Shown: positions 26,201 through 37,900 of the stretch, one piece after another
How positions within the stretch are numbered: the first letter of the stretch is position 1
Layout: the number at the start of each line of letters is the position of its first letter
Assembly: GCA_000934665.2 (NCBI GenBank)
Contig: JYFJ02000353.1
Span: 62,001-126,000, forward strand
Direction: 5' to 3'
Length of the DNA stretch: 64,000 nt
Source of the DNA: Catajapyx aquilonaris
Taxonomy: Eukaryota
Translations under genes and position numbers: made by a program
Notes under the pieces: model-generated
Seen by the model: only the letters and a program-made list of their open reading frames with translations
Database searches by the model: none
Told to the model about the DNA's origin: nothing

Positions 26201-27951
26201 CCGATTCATGAAATGGTGGAATTATGCATTACAAGCGGAGTCGCTTATGTATGACCTAATTGGAATGTGATGTTGTTCTCGTCATGAATACAAATGGAGT
26301 TTTTGGTGGGCCATCCATAATGCGAAGAGCCCGGCTTATTTGGTGGTGGTGGTGGTGGAGGGACAAGACGCACGCTCGATTCTGGATTTTCGGTCACTCC
26401 AATCTCACGTCACGATCTGTTGGGGAGGGGAACAGACTGACAGCAGACACACACGCACTCACTCACACGCCTAGTGCTGTCAAGTCATGGGGACAAAAGG
26501 CTGGAACTAAACGGCTGGGCACGCTCACCTGTTGTAATGTGTACCTGAGAGGAGGGGGAAACTTTTGCAGGGGCGCTCCTTGATGAATATTCAGAGCGAA
26601 GGAGCTTTACACCTGGGTAGTAGAGTCTCCTGCCCTCCCACTACTGAACATAAGCAGCCCCCAGGGCGGAAGTGCAGACATGATAATTAATTCTGGGCGG
26701 ATGCTGGATGCATGTATGGCACGCGTAATTCACTTCTGTGCAGGGTTCTAGTGTCATGATTCTGACGTGTATTTGGGGGTTAATTTCCTGTGCACTCGTT
26801 TAAGTAGAGGTGTCATTTTGTCTGCGAAACTACCGACAACACACCGAATAAGCTAATAATATAGCTGATAGTGTATGAGTCGTATGCTTGTAACGCTGAT
26901 TAATTTAAAGGAAAGTGTTAATTTTGTATTAATTAATCGCAACATTTATTCGCTTTCAGATTGATAAATTAATTTTAGAATTTCAAATGAATATGCAATA
27001 ATCAAACAACGCCATAAATTAATAAAATATCAATTTTGATTTAAGCTGGGAGCTGACACTATGAATGTAACATTTTATTATATAGTAGCGAATTTTTCGC
27101 AATCCAAAGGATACCCTCATGGGCTGAAACTAACCCTCTAACGTTGGATCATTAAGAAACATCCTGTACAGAAGTGAGTTTTGCATGGACCACGTCGTGA
27201 ATCCCTGAAGGGTTGTACAAACCTAGGACAAGATTCAATAAATTGACAAAAAAAAAAGTTCCATGTCCCGGAAACAGGTTGGTAGATGTAGACAGCAATC
27301 TCCTTCAGTCCCTATACCTCCTACCTCCCTCCAGTGCGAAAGGTTCTCTCGCTTTCAAATGAACTGTAGCAGAATATTCTGCGGAACCTGGAGAGAGAAA
27401 AAAAATTTGACTTGAGAAAGGGAGAACCCTGCGCCATATTTTCCAATTCAGGATGATGACTCCCACGGGCCATTTTTTTTTCTTCTCCCAACCCACCCAT
27501 GAAAAGACCGGCCTTTCTCAGCCCGAGACTACTGATCGTGCTCTGATTACATTTTGCAACAATCTCGACGACTCATTTCGGAGAAGGTCCATTTTTTCCA
27601 CTCGTTTTAATTCGCTGTCTTGCGCGCAAGATATACACACTAACTCGTGCTATAGTTTGCGAAATCTCATTTTGCTCCGATCAAGTGGGGGTGTCGCAAG
27701 CAAGCAATTCAGAGTTGAAACGCGTTTTTATAAAGTCGGTTTCTGAATTGCTTTCTGGTGACTTCCTGATTGTTGGTTGACACCTAGGTGGATGGCAGCC
27801 TGCGGGAGTGTCGATCCGAGCACCATGTGAGAGTGTGTGCTGTGAGAAGATGTGTGTGGAGGCTGGGAGGATGGGGTAGGGGATGGGGGGAAGGGTTTAG
27901 AGAAGTGGGGGAAAGAGGGGTGGTGGGTAGTGGGTGGGTGGGAGTGGGGGA

Positions 27952-28033
27952 ATGTGCAGCCACTGCAGCGATTGTTGTGGTGAGAAGGAAGTTGAAGGAA
28001 GAGCAAGGGACGCCGACGACGAGGCCACTTCAG
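27952..28033 (+). CDS. Candidate alternative first coding exon, MCSHCSDCCGEKEVEGRARDADDEATS(G)
   Basis: ATG-initiated stop-free reading ending at CAG|GTAAAA in phase 1. G-rich upstream region, AT-rich intron-like sequence immediately after. Confidence 0.55.
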
Positions 28034-31000
28034 GTAAAAACAAATGGTTAAATCAAAATGACTAAGTGCAATAGAATTTGTTGATTTTATTACCTTTTTA
28101 TGACACAGTGTAAGAATTGTAAATCGCAAATGAAAATTTCCACACTAGTGGAAACATATTTTCGACATTATTGTTGCCTTATCATGCTAAAAATGGCTAA
28201 TACTTCAGGAAGTGGTTTTCAGACCAATAATGACGGGTAGGCTACTGTACCTAACCACTTCTGTGAATGTAAATTGAGCTGAAAAACAAAGCTACTCCGG
28301 ATTTCTACTAATGACACTGTGTAGCAAACGCAGTGAGAACAACTAGTCAAAAAAAATCACCATTACGCGAAGTTGAGCAATTACAAATGACTACACGCAT
28401 CGTGAAGCGGACATCGCTTTTCTGCTTTTGATATTGTCAGCCAGGCTTTTATCAATCCTGGATTTTTTACCTCACTATTTTTGTGCAGTCGCAGGAATCC
28501 CAAGTACGAGCAATTTTTACCGCATCAATCTGCTTATCATTGTTTTTTTTACGATCCATTGTCGCCTATGCAGGAATAGGCGTGGCAGCCGTCATACATA
28601 TGTATCGCCAAAGATAAAAGGTTGCAATCCCTAGTTTTTTGGAGTCGTACCACATCCATATTTCATCGCAGATGATTTTATCGATGTAAAACACATCCGG
28701 ACGCAGTTTATCGGAAATGATTTCACCATTGAAATTCATTCGGAAAACGAGTTCATGGTTGCTTCTGTTTGTAAAGGCAGAGGCTGCTGGGGAATTACAC
28801 CCGGTCCTGTATGGTGCTTGATCCGTGTCGATTTTCAATTCATGAAAACAGCCACAAGTACCCCTATAGTGTCAAGAGACCTTTCTTAACAAGTGGGTTT
28901 GGGTCACACTCGAATAAAACAAAACGTGTCCAGATGATATCACCCGGGGATATCCCGAATAAATAGAAGCGACCATGTAATATCTTCACAGCGCAGGGGT
29001 CGGGATGAGCTCCCGCTTTTCTAAGCGCTTTTAATTATCTGGGGAATTCCGCTTATTCAATTAAGCTTTTCCTCTGGGAAGGTTTGAATGGTGCGAAGGC
29101 TTATAGAGTAGGGGGCTCTCCGGGTATATATCCGCAATGGTGGTGCTGGGTAGATGGGTCAGCTTCCGCGAGCCTTTTGGGCAGTCGGAACATGTGCAAT
29201 CATGGCCGCCTAATTGTATTGACACTTACCCTGGCCCGGATGGTGCATGCTGGCTGGGTTGGCAGGAAGGAATTTCAACGCGCGGATCAAATGCGATTTG
29301 CCCAAGGAAGCTTTATCCTGACCTGTATGCGTCCATGACTGCTTCTCTGTAGGGGCATGATGGGAATTGCCAGGATATTCTCGCACATGTTTTTGTTGCT
29401 AAATTTGGACCCATTTCTACCAGTCACCCTCATTTTTGGGGGGGAAATGTTGAAGCTGGTATGCGGTTTGGCAGGGAGATGTTCTGGAAACATTCTTACT
29501 CGATTGGCAATGCCGCTGACTTGATGCGGTTGCCAGACAGATATGACCTGGAACACAAAGGAATGCGATATATTTTTTTTGAAAGGCGGCCGTTGTCTGG
29601 GAAAAGTATTCGGACTATTTCCCCAGCCGCGGAATAGATGAAGTTTCAGACCGTATCTTCATCTGAATTATTTTGCTGTGCATATACATACATATATTCG
29701 GCGAAGTAACGCCAAGTGAAAATGATGCATGAGTAAGTACAAGCCCAGCTTCAGGTACATGCATGAATGATGAAGCTTAGCCCCAGGGTTTAACCCCGAT
29801 CCACATCGGCGCCAGTGCTTTGGGTGCATGTGACTTAAGTCTTTGCCTCGTTACTCAAGTGCTACTGGGCAGCATCCCTGTGCCCTAGCGCCGCTATTGA
29901 TCGGAAGAAGACGAGAGGAGGGATGCTGGGATGGTGGGGTAGGCACAAGGACGGTCACTCACCTCACAACCAGACCTATTTCCTTCTCTACGTTGTACCT
30001 ACTGATCTACTATCGGTTTTAGGATGGGCTACAACTGGAATGCGACGCAATTATGACGTAATTCTCAGATTTTTTTTTGCCGCCGCCACTTTGATCTCGG
30101 ACTTCGCATAATTTTGCGAAAGAGACCTTTTTTTCTATTCTTCCGGAGTGACTTTACTATCTGGATTCAATAGTGTAGGAGGACGCTTGGGAATGAACAA
30201 AATGAAAACCACAAATGCGCATGGTATGTGGCGAAAAAACGCGCGCAATTTACTTATTCGGCGAAGGGATTTTATTTACGGACTTTTTTTCGAATGAGCA
30301 GTTTTGAACAAGTTGGTGTGTTTTTGTTGTGTGAGCTGAAATTGCAAAGTTGGGAGAGTTAGTTTCGCTGGAGAAGTTCAGTTGTGCTGATATACACAGG
30401 AGAAAAGTTTTTGGTTCAAACGCGGCTTGCGTTTTTGTGTATACAGTACTGGCTGGAATTTGTTATGTGATGTTATGTGATGAAAACTTGAACGTAATAA
30501 CGTCTAAAATTGAGCCCGGATTATTTCAAATTAAATGAAAATAATTATTGCATTTAAATTCTCCTTACATGACCGAACTTTTACTTTAAATACCTCAAGT
30601 TCTCAATGCAATGTGAAATCAAATAAGCACTGTAGACGGTGTGGAGCAGTACTTTTTGACGATGAAGCGCATTTGAACTCTTTATTTAATTACCTGTAAA
30701 ATGCAATGGTGGTGTTAAATATGGGCCAGCACTGAGACTGAATCATGAATGCAAATTACTGTCGGCTCATTAATACTATCCAGGCTAATTGTGCAAATTA
30801 ATTACATTTCCACCCTTTGTTTCCCTCTTTTGCTTTGCAATAATTTGCAATTGCGCGTCAGGGTTAATTTATCGACACAAAGAAGCAGTTTGTGTTGATG
30901 CAGATTCACATAAATTATTAAGAGCTATATATTTTGCTTGTTGGGAAGTAATATCTACCAACTGTACCCATTCATGTCCGTAGGGACCAAGCAATACAGC

Positions 31001-32625
31001 CACAAAAATCCACATGCTTAGTGGGGAGCAACCATAAATCCTGTCCGGTATCACGCATATAGCGCTCTCGAGTTTTCTCTCTTCTTTTTTTGCATACCAC
31101 ATGCGGCCATTGTCCAGTTGGAATAAGCTGAACGCACAAAAAGCCTACAGGAAAGATTTGAATAAATTATAGCACATTTGAGTGAAAAACTGCATGAAAA
31201 ATACTTTATTATTCGCGCTAGCAACACCCGTCATTTTTGCCTTACGAAACATTGGGTACTGTTATAGCCCATTTTTATCGGCACAGCAAGGTTGTGTCCT
31301 GGGGATATCCGATCTCATTTTAAGACAGTCGAGCGAAGTTGGCATTTCCTCGTTACAAGTTATGCTGACATGTCACATCCGAACATGTAAGTTACACGTG
31401 ACAGTGAGTGCCAGCGGACATGTTGGGTATGTCAGTGTGTATGAGAAAGGTGTGCAAAACTGTATGTGCCCTTCTTTCCAGAAGACGAGTGGGGTACGGA
31501 GGGCAAGCCGCGAGCAATGGCCGCCTCACATTTCAAAGGTATGTATACTGTACAGTCTACCTTGGTGAAAGCAGGGTGAAAGCGTGAAAGGCTTTTTTAT
31601 GGTTCCGGTACTGCATGCTCTTACAGCTAAGACCGAAAGCTGAATGGTGTTTTTTTAGGTCATCATATCGTAGCTGTTATTGAAAGCTCGCGTAGCAACG
31701 AATATTTTTGTGGGTAATAATCTACCTAAAATATCAGCAACGCCCAGATTTGCTAGTATGGAATTTCATTTCCCATGTGCGCATGTGGAGTTCAAGATGG
31801 TGCACTGACATGAGCATGTTCCTCGTGGTGAAGAAGTTGCGGGAAATGTTTGCACCAGCATTCAGTTGAAGAGAAGCAACGTTCAGTCAAATTCACTTGC
31901 TAGAATCGTTGCCGCTCTTTAAACTTGGCTGGTAGAGTGGACAATCGATAGCTATTTATCTCTCCCTCTCTTGGACTAGGCCATTAGGTCAATGCATCAA
32001 CGTTTACACTCTTACAGGGTGTTAGGAAAGTGTAATTATATCTTCCAAACGCTATGTACGTATGCTAGATATGTATTCATTAAAAAATACTCAGCCACAA
32101 CTCATTGTGGTAATTTTGGACTGCTACAAATTCTGTAGTATGTACTGTACAGTAACAAGGAAAACAAGGGATGGTGCATTATGAGAATTTACTTTCATCT
32201 TGTTTAAACAATTTGCACAAAGGAAAAAGCACATGCAAAAACAAATACTACAAAGCGTGTGTTGCGAAGCTGAAATGCAAATGTAGTTGATGTTAATTTT
32301 AGCATTCCGCATAAAAATAGTGTACGTAGTCTGGAATACAAAGCTAAATTTAGTTTGATAACCATATTCCGAGGAGTGTAAAATGTCAGCCAAATTATAC
32401 TTCTTGGCGTATTTGTATAGTAAATTGAAAGTCAATATGCTGAACTGCGAAAAAGAGGCTGTAATAAAATTGTTTCTTTTTGTTCCTTAACAATTTTTTT
32501 GTGCCGATCCTCCGATCTCATCAAAGTAAGAGTCTGTATTGGACGGGGGAATGCGGTCTTCATCTTCCTTTGCCGCGGAAGATTAAGTTCAGCGAATCGC
32601 AACGATTGAAAAAAAGAAAAACTTT

Positions 32626-32631
32626 TTTATT
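32626..32631 (-). terminator. Polyadenylation signal AATAAA of the nested gene
   Basis: AATAAA on the minus strand about 65 nt after the stop codon, followed by a T-rich tract. Confidence 0.6.
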
Positions 32632-32696
32632 ACCTTCTTACAAAGTGGGTTAAACTTACAGGGGCACATTTTGACTTCATTTTTCTTATACCCTCG

Positions 32697-32727
32697 TCAG
32701 CCGTAATAACCGTGGAGGTTGCTGCCG
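32697..32727 (-). CDS. Nested Gly/His-rich gene, exon 5 (GSNLHGYYG-stop)
   Basis: TCTGTCTTTTCAG| acceptor, TGA at 32699-32697. Confidence 0.85.
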
Positions 32728-34859
32728 CTGAAAAGACAGATATTTGCGATAATGCGCAAAAAATCATATTATAATTTAAGTTTAATAGACTATATCAATA
32801 TTTGCGTACCTTCCCTGTTGAGGTGGATGCCAACCTCCATGTCCGAAGCTTCCGTAGGTTGCAGTGTGTGGATGACCTCCATGTCGAACATGCCCACCGT
32901 ATCCCATTTGGCTGCCGTACCCTCCGTGACCTCCGTGACCCCCATGCCCTCCGTGATCTCCATGTCCACCGCCGCCCCCGTACCCGCGGTCATAATCTCC
33001 GTCGAAACTCCCGTAATTTTTCCTGCAGGTTAATTGCATTGACTCAATCTTTCTACAGGACTGAAGGGTTAGGAGTGCGGTTTTATAACCGATCTCATGT
33101 CACGTTTCGTGTACGTGATCGGACTTTGACATGTTGCTTTCCTGGAGAACTTGGAACCGCAATGAACTTTGCAACCCTCCCCGGCCTGAATCCTGCAGAT
33201 AAACGCTGACAAGGCAACGTGGTGTCAGTTGCTTACCCGTGAGAACCGTGAAATCCTCCTCCGTGGTTGCCGGTGGGCCCGTGGTTGTAACTGAAGCCAG
33301 ATAAGTACGTTAGAGGACAAATTGTGGCCATGAATATACAACACCCGCCAACAAGAAAAACACGCTGGATTCAAGCTGTTTTCCGGCAGTAAGTTTGTAA
33401 ATTATTTGGAAATGGAATTTGCAATTCTTATTAGAAACTTTCGTTATGTCATTTTTTTTACGAGCGTAACCGAGTGCGCACCTAAACTCGCGCAGCTCCC
33501 CTCAAGTGTAGCGTTGGAAACAAGTTATTGATATTGCCAACCGTGTACGCTGCGCGAACTCGATTGCGCTCGTAATTTCATATATATCACTCATTACCTT
33601 CCATATCCGGAGTCTCTGTAGCCCGGACTTCCGTGGCTGTATCCAGGAAGCGACAGGGCCGTAGCAATAGAGCAGAGGACGATGCTCAGGAGCTGCAATT
33701 TTAAACGTTCGAGACACTATTTTCGTCCGTAGCTCGTATTTCGCGGAGAATGAGAAGGGATGGGACCCGTCCACTTGACTTCGGAGAACTGGCCGTTATT
33801 GTTGCTTAAGGTTGTTTACAGTAACACGATTTCGTTTGATTCCCGCCATGATATCGCCCCTGTCCTTATGGGATGGGCCACTTCCTATTTCCTCAATAAA
33901 ACGCGAGCCAATTTCCCACGAGGTGCCTGTAGTTACAGCATAGCACAGGGTTTGATTATGCCCCGAGGCTGGCACTTGGAAACACGCACACCAGAAAAAG
34001 AAAAGAACTCTGCCTATTAGCTGATTGGCGAAAAGGAATGTTTTGCGGATTACTGCGAGGTCTAAACTCGGGAGGCCAACCTGATCAAAGCAATTGATGT
34101 ATGAGATTGCACAGGGGACCCAAGTGCGCCACTTGACCGTAATTAAACGCGTTAATCACACTGAGTATGCGAAGGCATGTGTTTGACCGGGAACCGAAAC
34201 CACATCTGATCTCTCGTCTAAATGCGGATCCATACGTAATTAACAACCAAATATATTAACTCGCAGTGTATAAAAATGTCAGGTGTTATCATTATGTGAT
34301 CACAGAGGCCAGTTTCATTTGGCGACTTTAATTAGTTACATTTTGCAGTAATATTGGTTGGTACAATGCTCGTTTTTTCAATAATGCAATTTTACTTGTT
34401 AAACTATATGAACCGCACAACTGCTGTTAATTATCAAAATCAACAGTGTTTATTCCTTTATGTGACAAAATTAGTTTGAAAATTTAGTGATGCTTGTGTT
34501 GTCAATAAAAAGCATGGAGCATGTTTATCAGTGAAGCTGACCTGGTAGTGTGGTACACAAAGTGGGCCGATGATGAACTTTTTGGCACTTTTTTTTTTTG
34601 CCCCCCATATCCCACCCTCATTTCAGAGGAAGCCAGATATCAGATATTGCATTAATCACGAAACTCAATTCCACCAGATTAATGGGCAGGATGCCCTGGT
34701 GCTTTCACAGCTCATCAATTAGTCTGTTGGACCCGTGTCCTTGTGCAAGTAAATGTCAATTCTCACTCCACGGATCACAACAATGCTGCAGACTCCCCTT
34801 GTACAAAGTGGAAAAATGTAAAGAGAAGAAAAACTCACGAAGAGTCCTGTAGCTGACAT
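32697..34859 (-). CDS. Nested antisense five-exon gene encoding a 137-aa secreted Gly/His/Tyr-rich protein; join complement(34859-34839, 33692-33598, 33290-33237, 33022-32810, 32727-32697)
   Basis: All four introns are GT-AG with matching phases (0,2,2,2); 414 nt in total. Product: MSATGLFLLSIVLCSIATALSLPGYSHGSPGYRDSGYGSYNHGPTGNHGGGFHGSHGKNYGSFDGDYDRGYGGGGGHGDHGGHGGHGGHGGYGSQMGYGGHVRHGGHPHTATYGSFGHGGWHPPQQGSGSNLHGYYG*. Hydrophobic N-terminal signal peptide, upstream TATA box, downstream AATAAA. Confidence 0.88.
32810..33022 (-). CDS. Nested Gly/His-rich gene, exon 4 (GGH repeat region)
   Basis: CCTGCAG| acceptor and AAG|GTACGC donor, phase 2 to 2. Imperfect 9-bp tandem repeats encode (GGH)n. 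Confidence 0.9.
33237..33290 (-). CDS. Nested Gly/His-rich gene, exon 3 (YNHGPTGNHGGGFHGSH)
   Basis: CTAAC branch point plus CTTCAG| acceptor, and |GTAAGC donor, phase 2 to 2. Confidence 0.87.
33598..33692 (-). CDS. Nested Gly/His-rich gene, exon 2 (signal peptide core LLSIVLCSIATALS and start of the mature peptide)
   Basis: TTGCAG| acceptor and AAG|GTAATG donor, phase 0 to 2. Confidence 0.87.
34839..34859 (-). CDS. Nested Gly/His-rich gene, exon 1 (MSATGLF)
   Basis: AAACATG start about 95 nt after the TATA box; donor |GTGAGT, phase 0. Confidence 0.8.
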
Positions 34860-34952
34860 GTTTCCCACTCAGTGGAGATGAAATTGCAGAAGAGCAACGT
34901 GGCGTAAAAGGCAGAAGCTTGACACTCCCTTGTTGAAGACGACCAACAGAGC

Positions 34953-34960
34953 CTTATATA
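34953..34960 (-). promoter_or_regulatory. TATA box (TATATAAG) of the nested gene
   Basis: Consensus TATA in GC-richer flanks, about 95 nt upstream of the ATG. It predicts a TSS near 34925-34935. Confidence 0.7.
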
Positions 34961-37900
34961 GACGGGGAACTCTGATGAGCCTCTTGGATGCTGCACCAAA
35001 AGGGCTATAGGAGGTGGTGGGGTGTGATCCAAACCCAACCCCCCCACCCTATACCCAATTGGGAACTTTCCAGCTAATCCCACAAAGAAGAAGTTGGTTC
35101 GCTTGTGGACGCGGTTCATTAGTTGGACCTGCCTCTCTCTACAGCTCTTCGCGGCCATTACAGTCCAGGCCCCCCCTCTCTTTTCTCCTCTGGCATGGTT
35201 TTTGTGCAGCACTTCAACACCCGGTGTCACTGACCATCAGGCTGTGAATGGACCCACCTTTCTCTCTATGATCAATTAGGCGGTATTGTGTATGGGACAA
35301 TCGGATACAGGGGGGGGGGACAATCAAGCGCGCCGGCAGGAGGGGTAATTCATTTTTCATTGGAAATTAGCCAAGACCTGGGGAAAATACAATAGGTCAG
35401 AATTTGAAAACTCAGCCGGACCTTGTCGAATTTATTGATTACCTTTGGAACAGTTGAATTTTTTAATTTGGTACTTGTCAAGACGAGGATGTGCAATAAA
35501 CTAGTGCGTGGCATATTCACGCGTGAACACCTGATAGCTGTAGCACAATAGTCGAATGAATCCCTATTGTTGCGACTTGCTTCAGCCAGGTCTGGACAAT
35601 GAACAGCTGGAGGTGATTCTAAGGAATTACGATGGGGACTATAGTGGGCGATATTGCGATGAACAGAACGTGTGTATGGGACTTGACAATGGGGCGGAGA
35701 TTTAATATGCGACAAAATAGAGGACCGGGAGTCAATGCACTAGCTAGATGACATCCACTAGTCCAATATCCAGCATGGATATAGCCCCATCTCATTGCAG
35801 CGCTTTAGGTATAGCTCTACCGGGGATTGCCTCTATAAAAAAAGGGAAGGTGGTTATACAGCGCTGTTGGGGGAATTTTCTGCTTCCGAAGCGCGCTTGC
35901 GGTATGACCGGGATCTGAAGTATCATCCCCTTTACAGTATATGTGCGGGCTATATTACTGGGGGAGGTATTGGTGTCAATAAAATCATGACAGTGCATAT
36001 TTTTTATATACTTAGTATTAGCAGGAGCGTGCCTGGATGCAGTATCCAAATGCCAAAATTTGAAGGGGTGGTAACTTTAAGTGCATTGATTAATCACTGA
36101 AATTATGTTGTCGTATAGTAATGGACTGGTTCTAATTTGTATTCTAAAAACAAGATACGGAGTGGTGCGAAATGAGCAATTTAGCTATTAATGACGACAA
36201 GTGTCACGGATTTGTATGAATTATGCTCCCATCTCGATGAATGTAACTACTAATCCTTATACACGCGGTGCTTGGACTTAATTTGCTATTAAAATCTGCA
36301 ATATAATTGGACCTGAGAAAGTGTTGCACAATTCATGGTTAATGTTATAGGGTAAGTGCACAAAATATTTCTGTGGCAACCATAGCACAGCATCGATCTC
36401 GAGCATGGGGAACGAGGTATGTACCATTCTAAGCTATTCACCAGTGCAATGAGCGCCCCTCGAATTGTCTCTCTCCCAGTTTTGCACCAAAGTGCCTCAT
36501 CTGAATTAGCTTGATCAGCAAGTTAGGAGAACTTATGCAGTGCAATACCAGTGCTGGTCTGGCCCAAATTGCATCGTAGCCAGTTTTCTAGCATTCGATT
36601 GCTGTGTAGAGAGAATTTTTTTTATTGTTCAACCGCGCACAACTTTCATATCAGCACAGAATTTGGCGCATACAAAAATGTATACAGTAATTAATGGTAG
36701 ATTTAGCTTTTTTTACATGCATTGCTTGTGCTAGCAGCAAACTACTCGGGGTTGATATTTTTCGTAGGAAAACTTCATAACAGAGAGTGGATTGCAAAGT
36801 TTTCCCTATCATCCTGGATGACTTCGGAGGGGTTCTTCAGGGAGAGCTTCCAACATTGGTCTGGAGAACATTCGGTTTTTCGTGCCCCTGAGGGGGATGG
36901 GATGAGCTCCTATCCGATGGGCAACAAGAGAACTGGAACTAATACTGTACTACCAACCAAAAACCACACTGTTCCGGTATCAAACAAGGGCTATAGCCTA
37001 CCGGGTTGAGTAAAGAAATGCCGAGAAATGCATTGCCAACTTTGTGTTCATGCTACTCGCGGGCCTGATATTTGCAGATGCCGTAAGTCGAAAAACTGAT
37101 TTGTCACAAAGTCACCCCGCATGTCACAAAGCATTGCGGAGTGACTGTGACAAATGTAAATGTGAAATTTTATGTAACGGATAAAATTATCGATGTGATC
37201 TGCACACGGATAAGAGGAAGGACGAGGGTACAAAAGCATTTAATGGAAAAACATTAAACCGTTTCTGCTGATACGTAAAACTCAAAAAACCGTCACAAAG
37301 TCATCCCCACTTACACCAAATGCTTTTGAAAATCACTAAAAGTAACTGCTTAAAAATAAGCAGCTTTGAACATAAAAAATTCCGAGGGCTCGGTGTAAAA
37401 AGAGCCCATCCCACACAAAGTAACTGTTGAGAAATGAAGCTGTACCGAGGGACGTTTTCCTGATAGTAATTATTTTTTAATGACCCATCCAAACCCGCGG
37501 AGGTTTTGCATGTCACTAACAGATGGTAGTAGCTACACAATAGTATAGAAAAGCTCGTTTGTTTTCTCGGTGCGGTATGGGCCCTTTCTGCACCCAGCAC
37601 AGCCCCTCAATTCAATTTGAACAACCTGATGTCAGTGAAATAAATGGGCAGTTGTCTTTGTACGTGTGTTATTTGACTGGATGTGATTATGCCGTACGTC
37701 ATTTTAACGTTTAATAACTGCCCAGAGGATTTTCCCAGACAAAATTGGACGGTGACAAGGCATGATTTAGAAAGTATTGAAAAACCTTCGTGAATGTTCA
37801 ATTAGTAGCTCTTTCCCTCTCCATGTCCGCTCATGCTCAATTTACCGCAGGTTTCACCGTACCGTACTGCTTTTATTAATAAAATCATGTTCATTAAGTG

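Noticed and set aside
29923..29953. Possible further phase-1 first exon MLGWWGRHKD(G)
   Set aside because: The phase fits, but the donor GTCACT is a poor consensus match. It is not supportable without reads.
32719..33209. Plus-strand ORFs with Met/Ser/Pro or Arg/Asp/Leu repeats
   Set aside because: Shadow frames of the minus-strand Gly/His-rich exon.
33291..33331. In-frame ATG (MATICPLTYLSGF) upstream of nested exon 3 as the start of the Gly-rich gene
   Set aside because: The segment contains a CTAAC branch point and an acceptor, and lacks a signal peptide. The upstream exons 1-2 give a better model.
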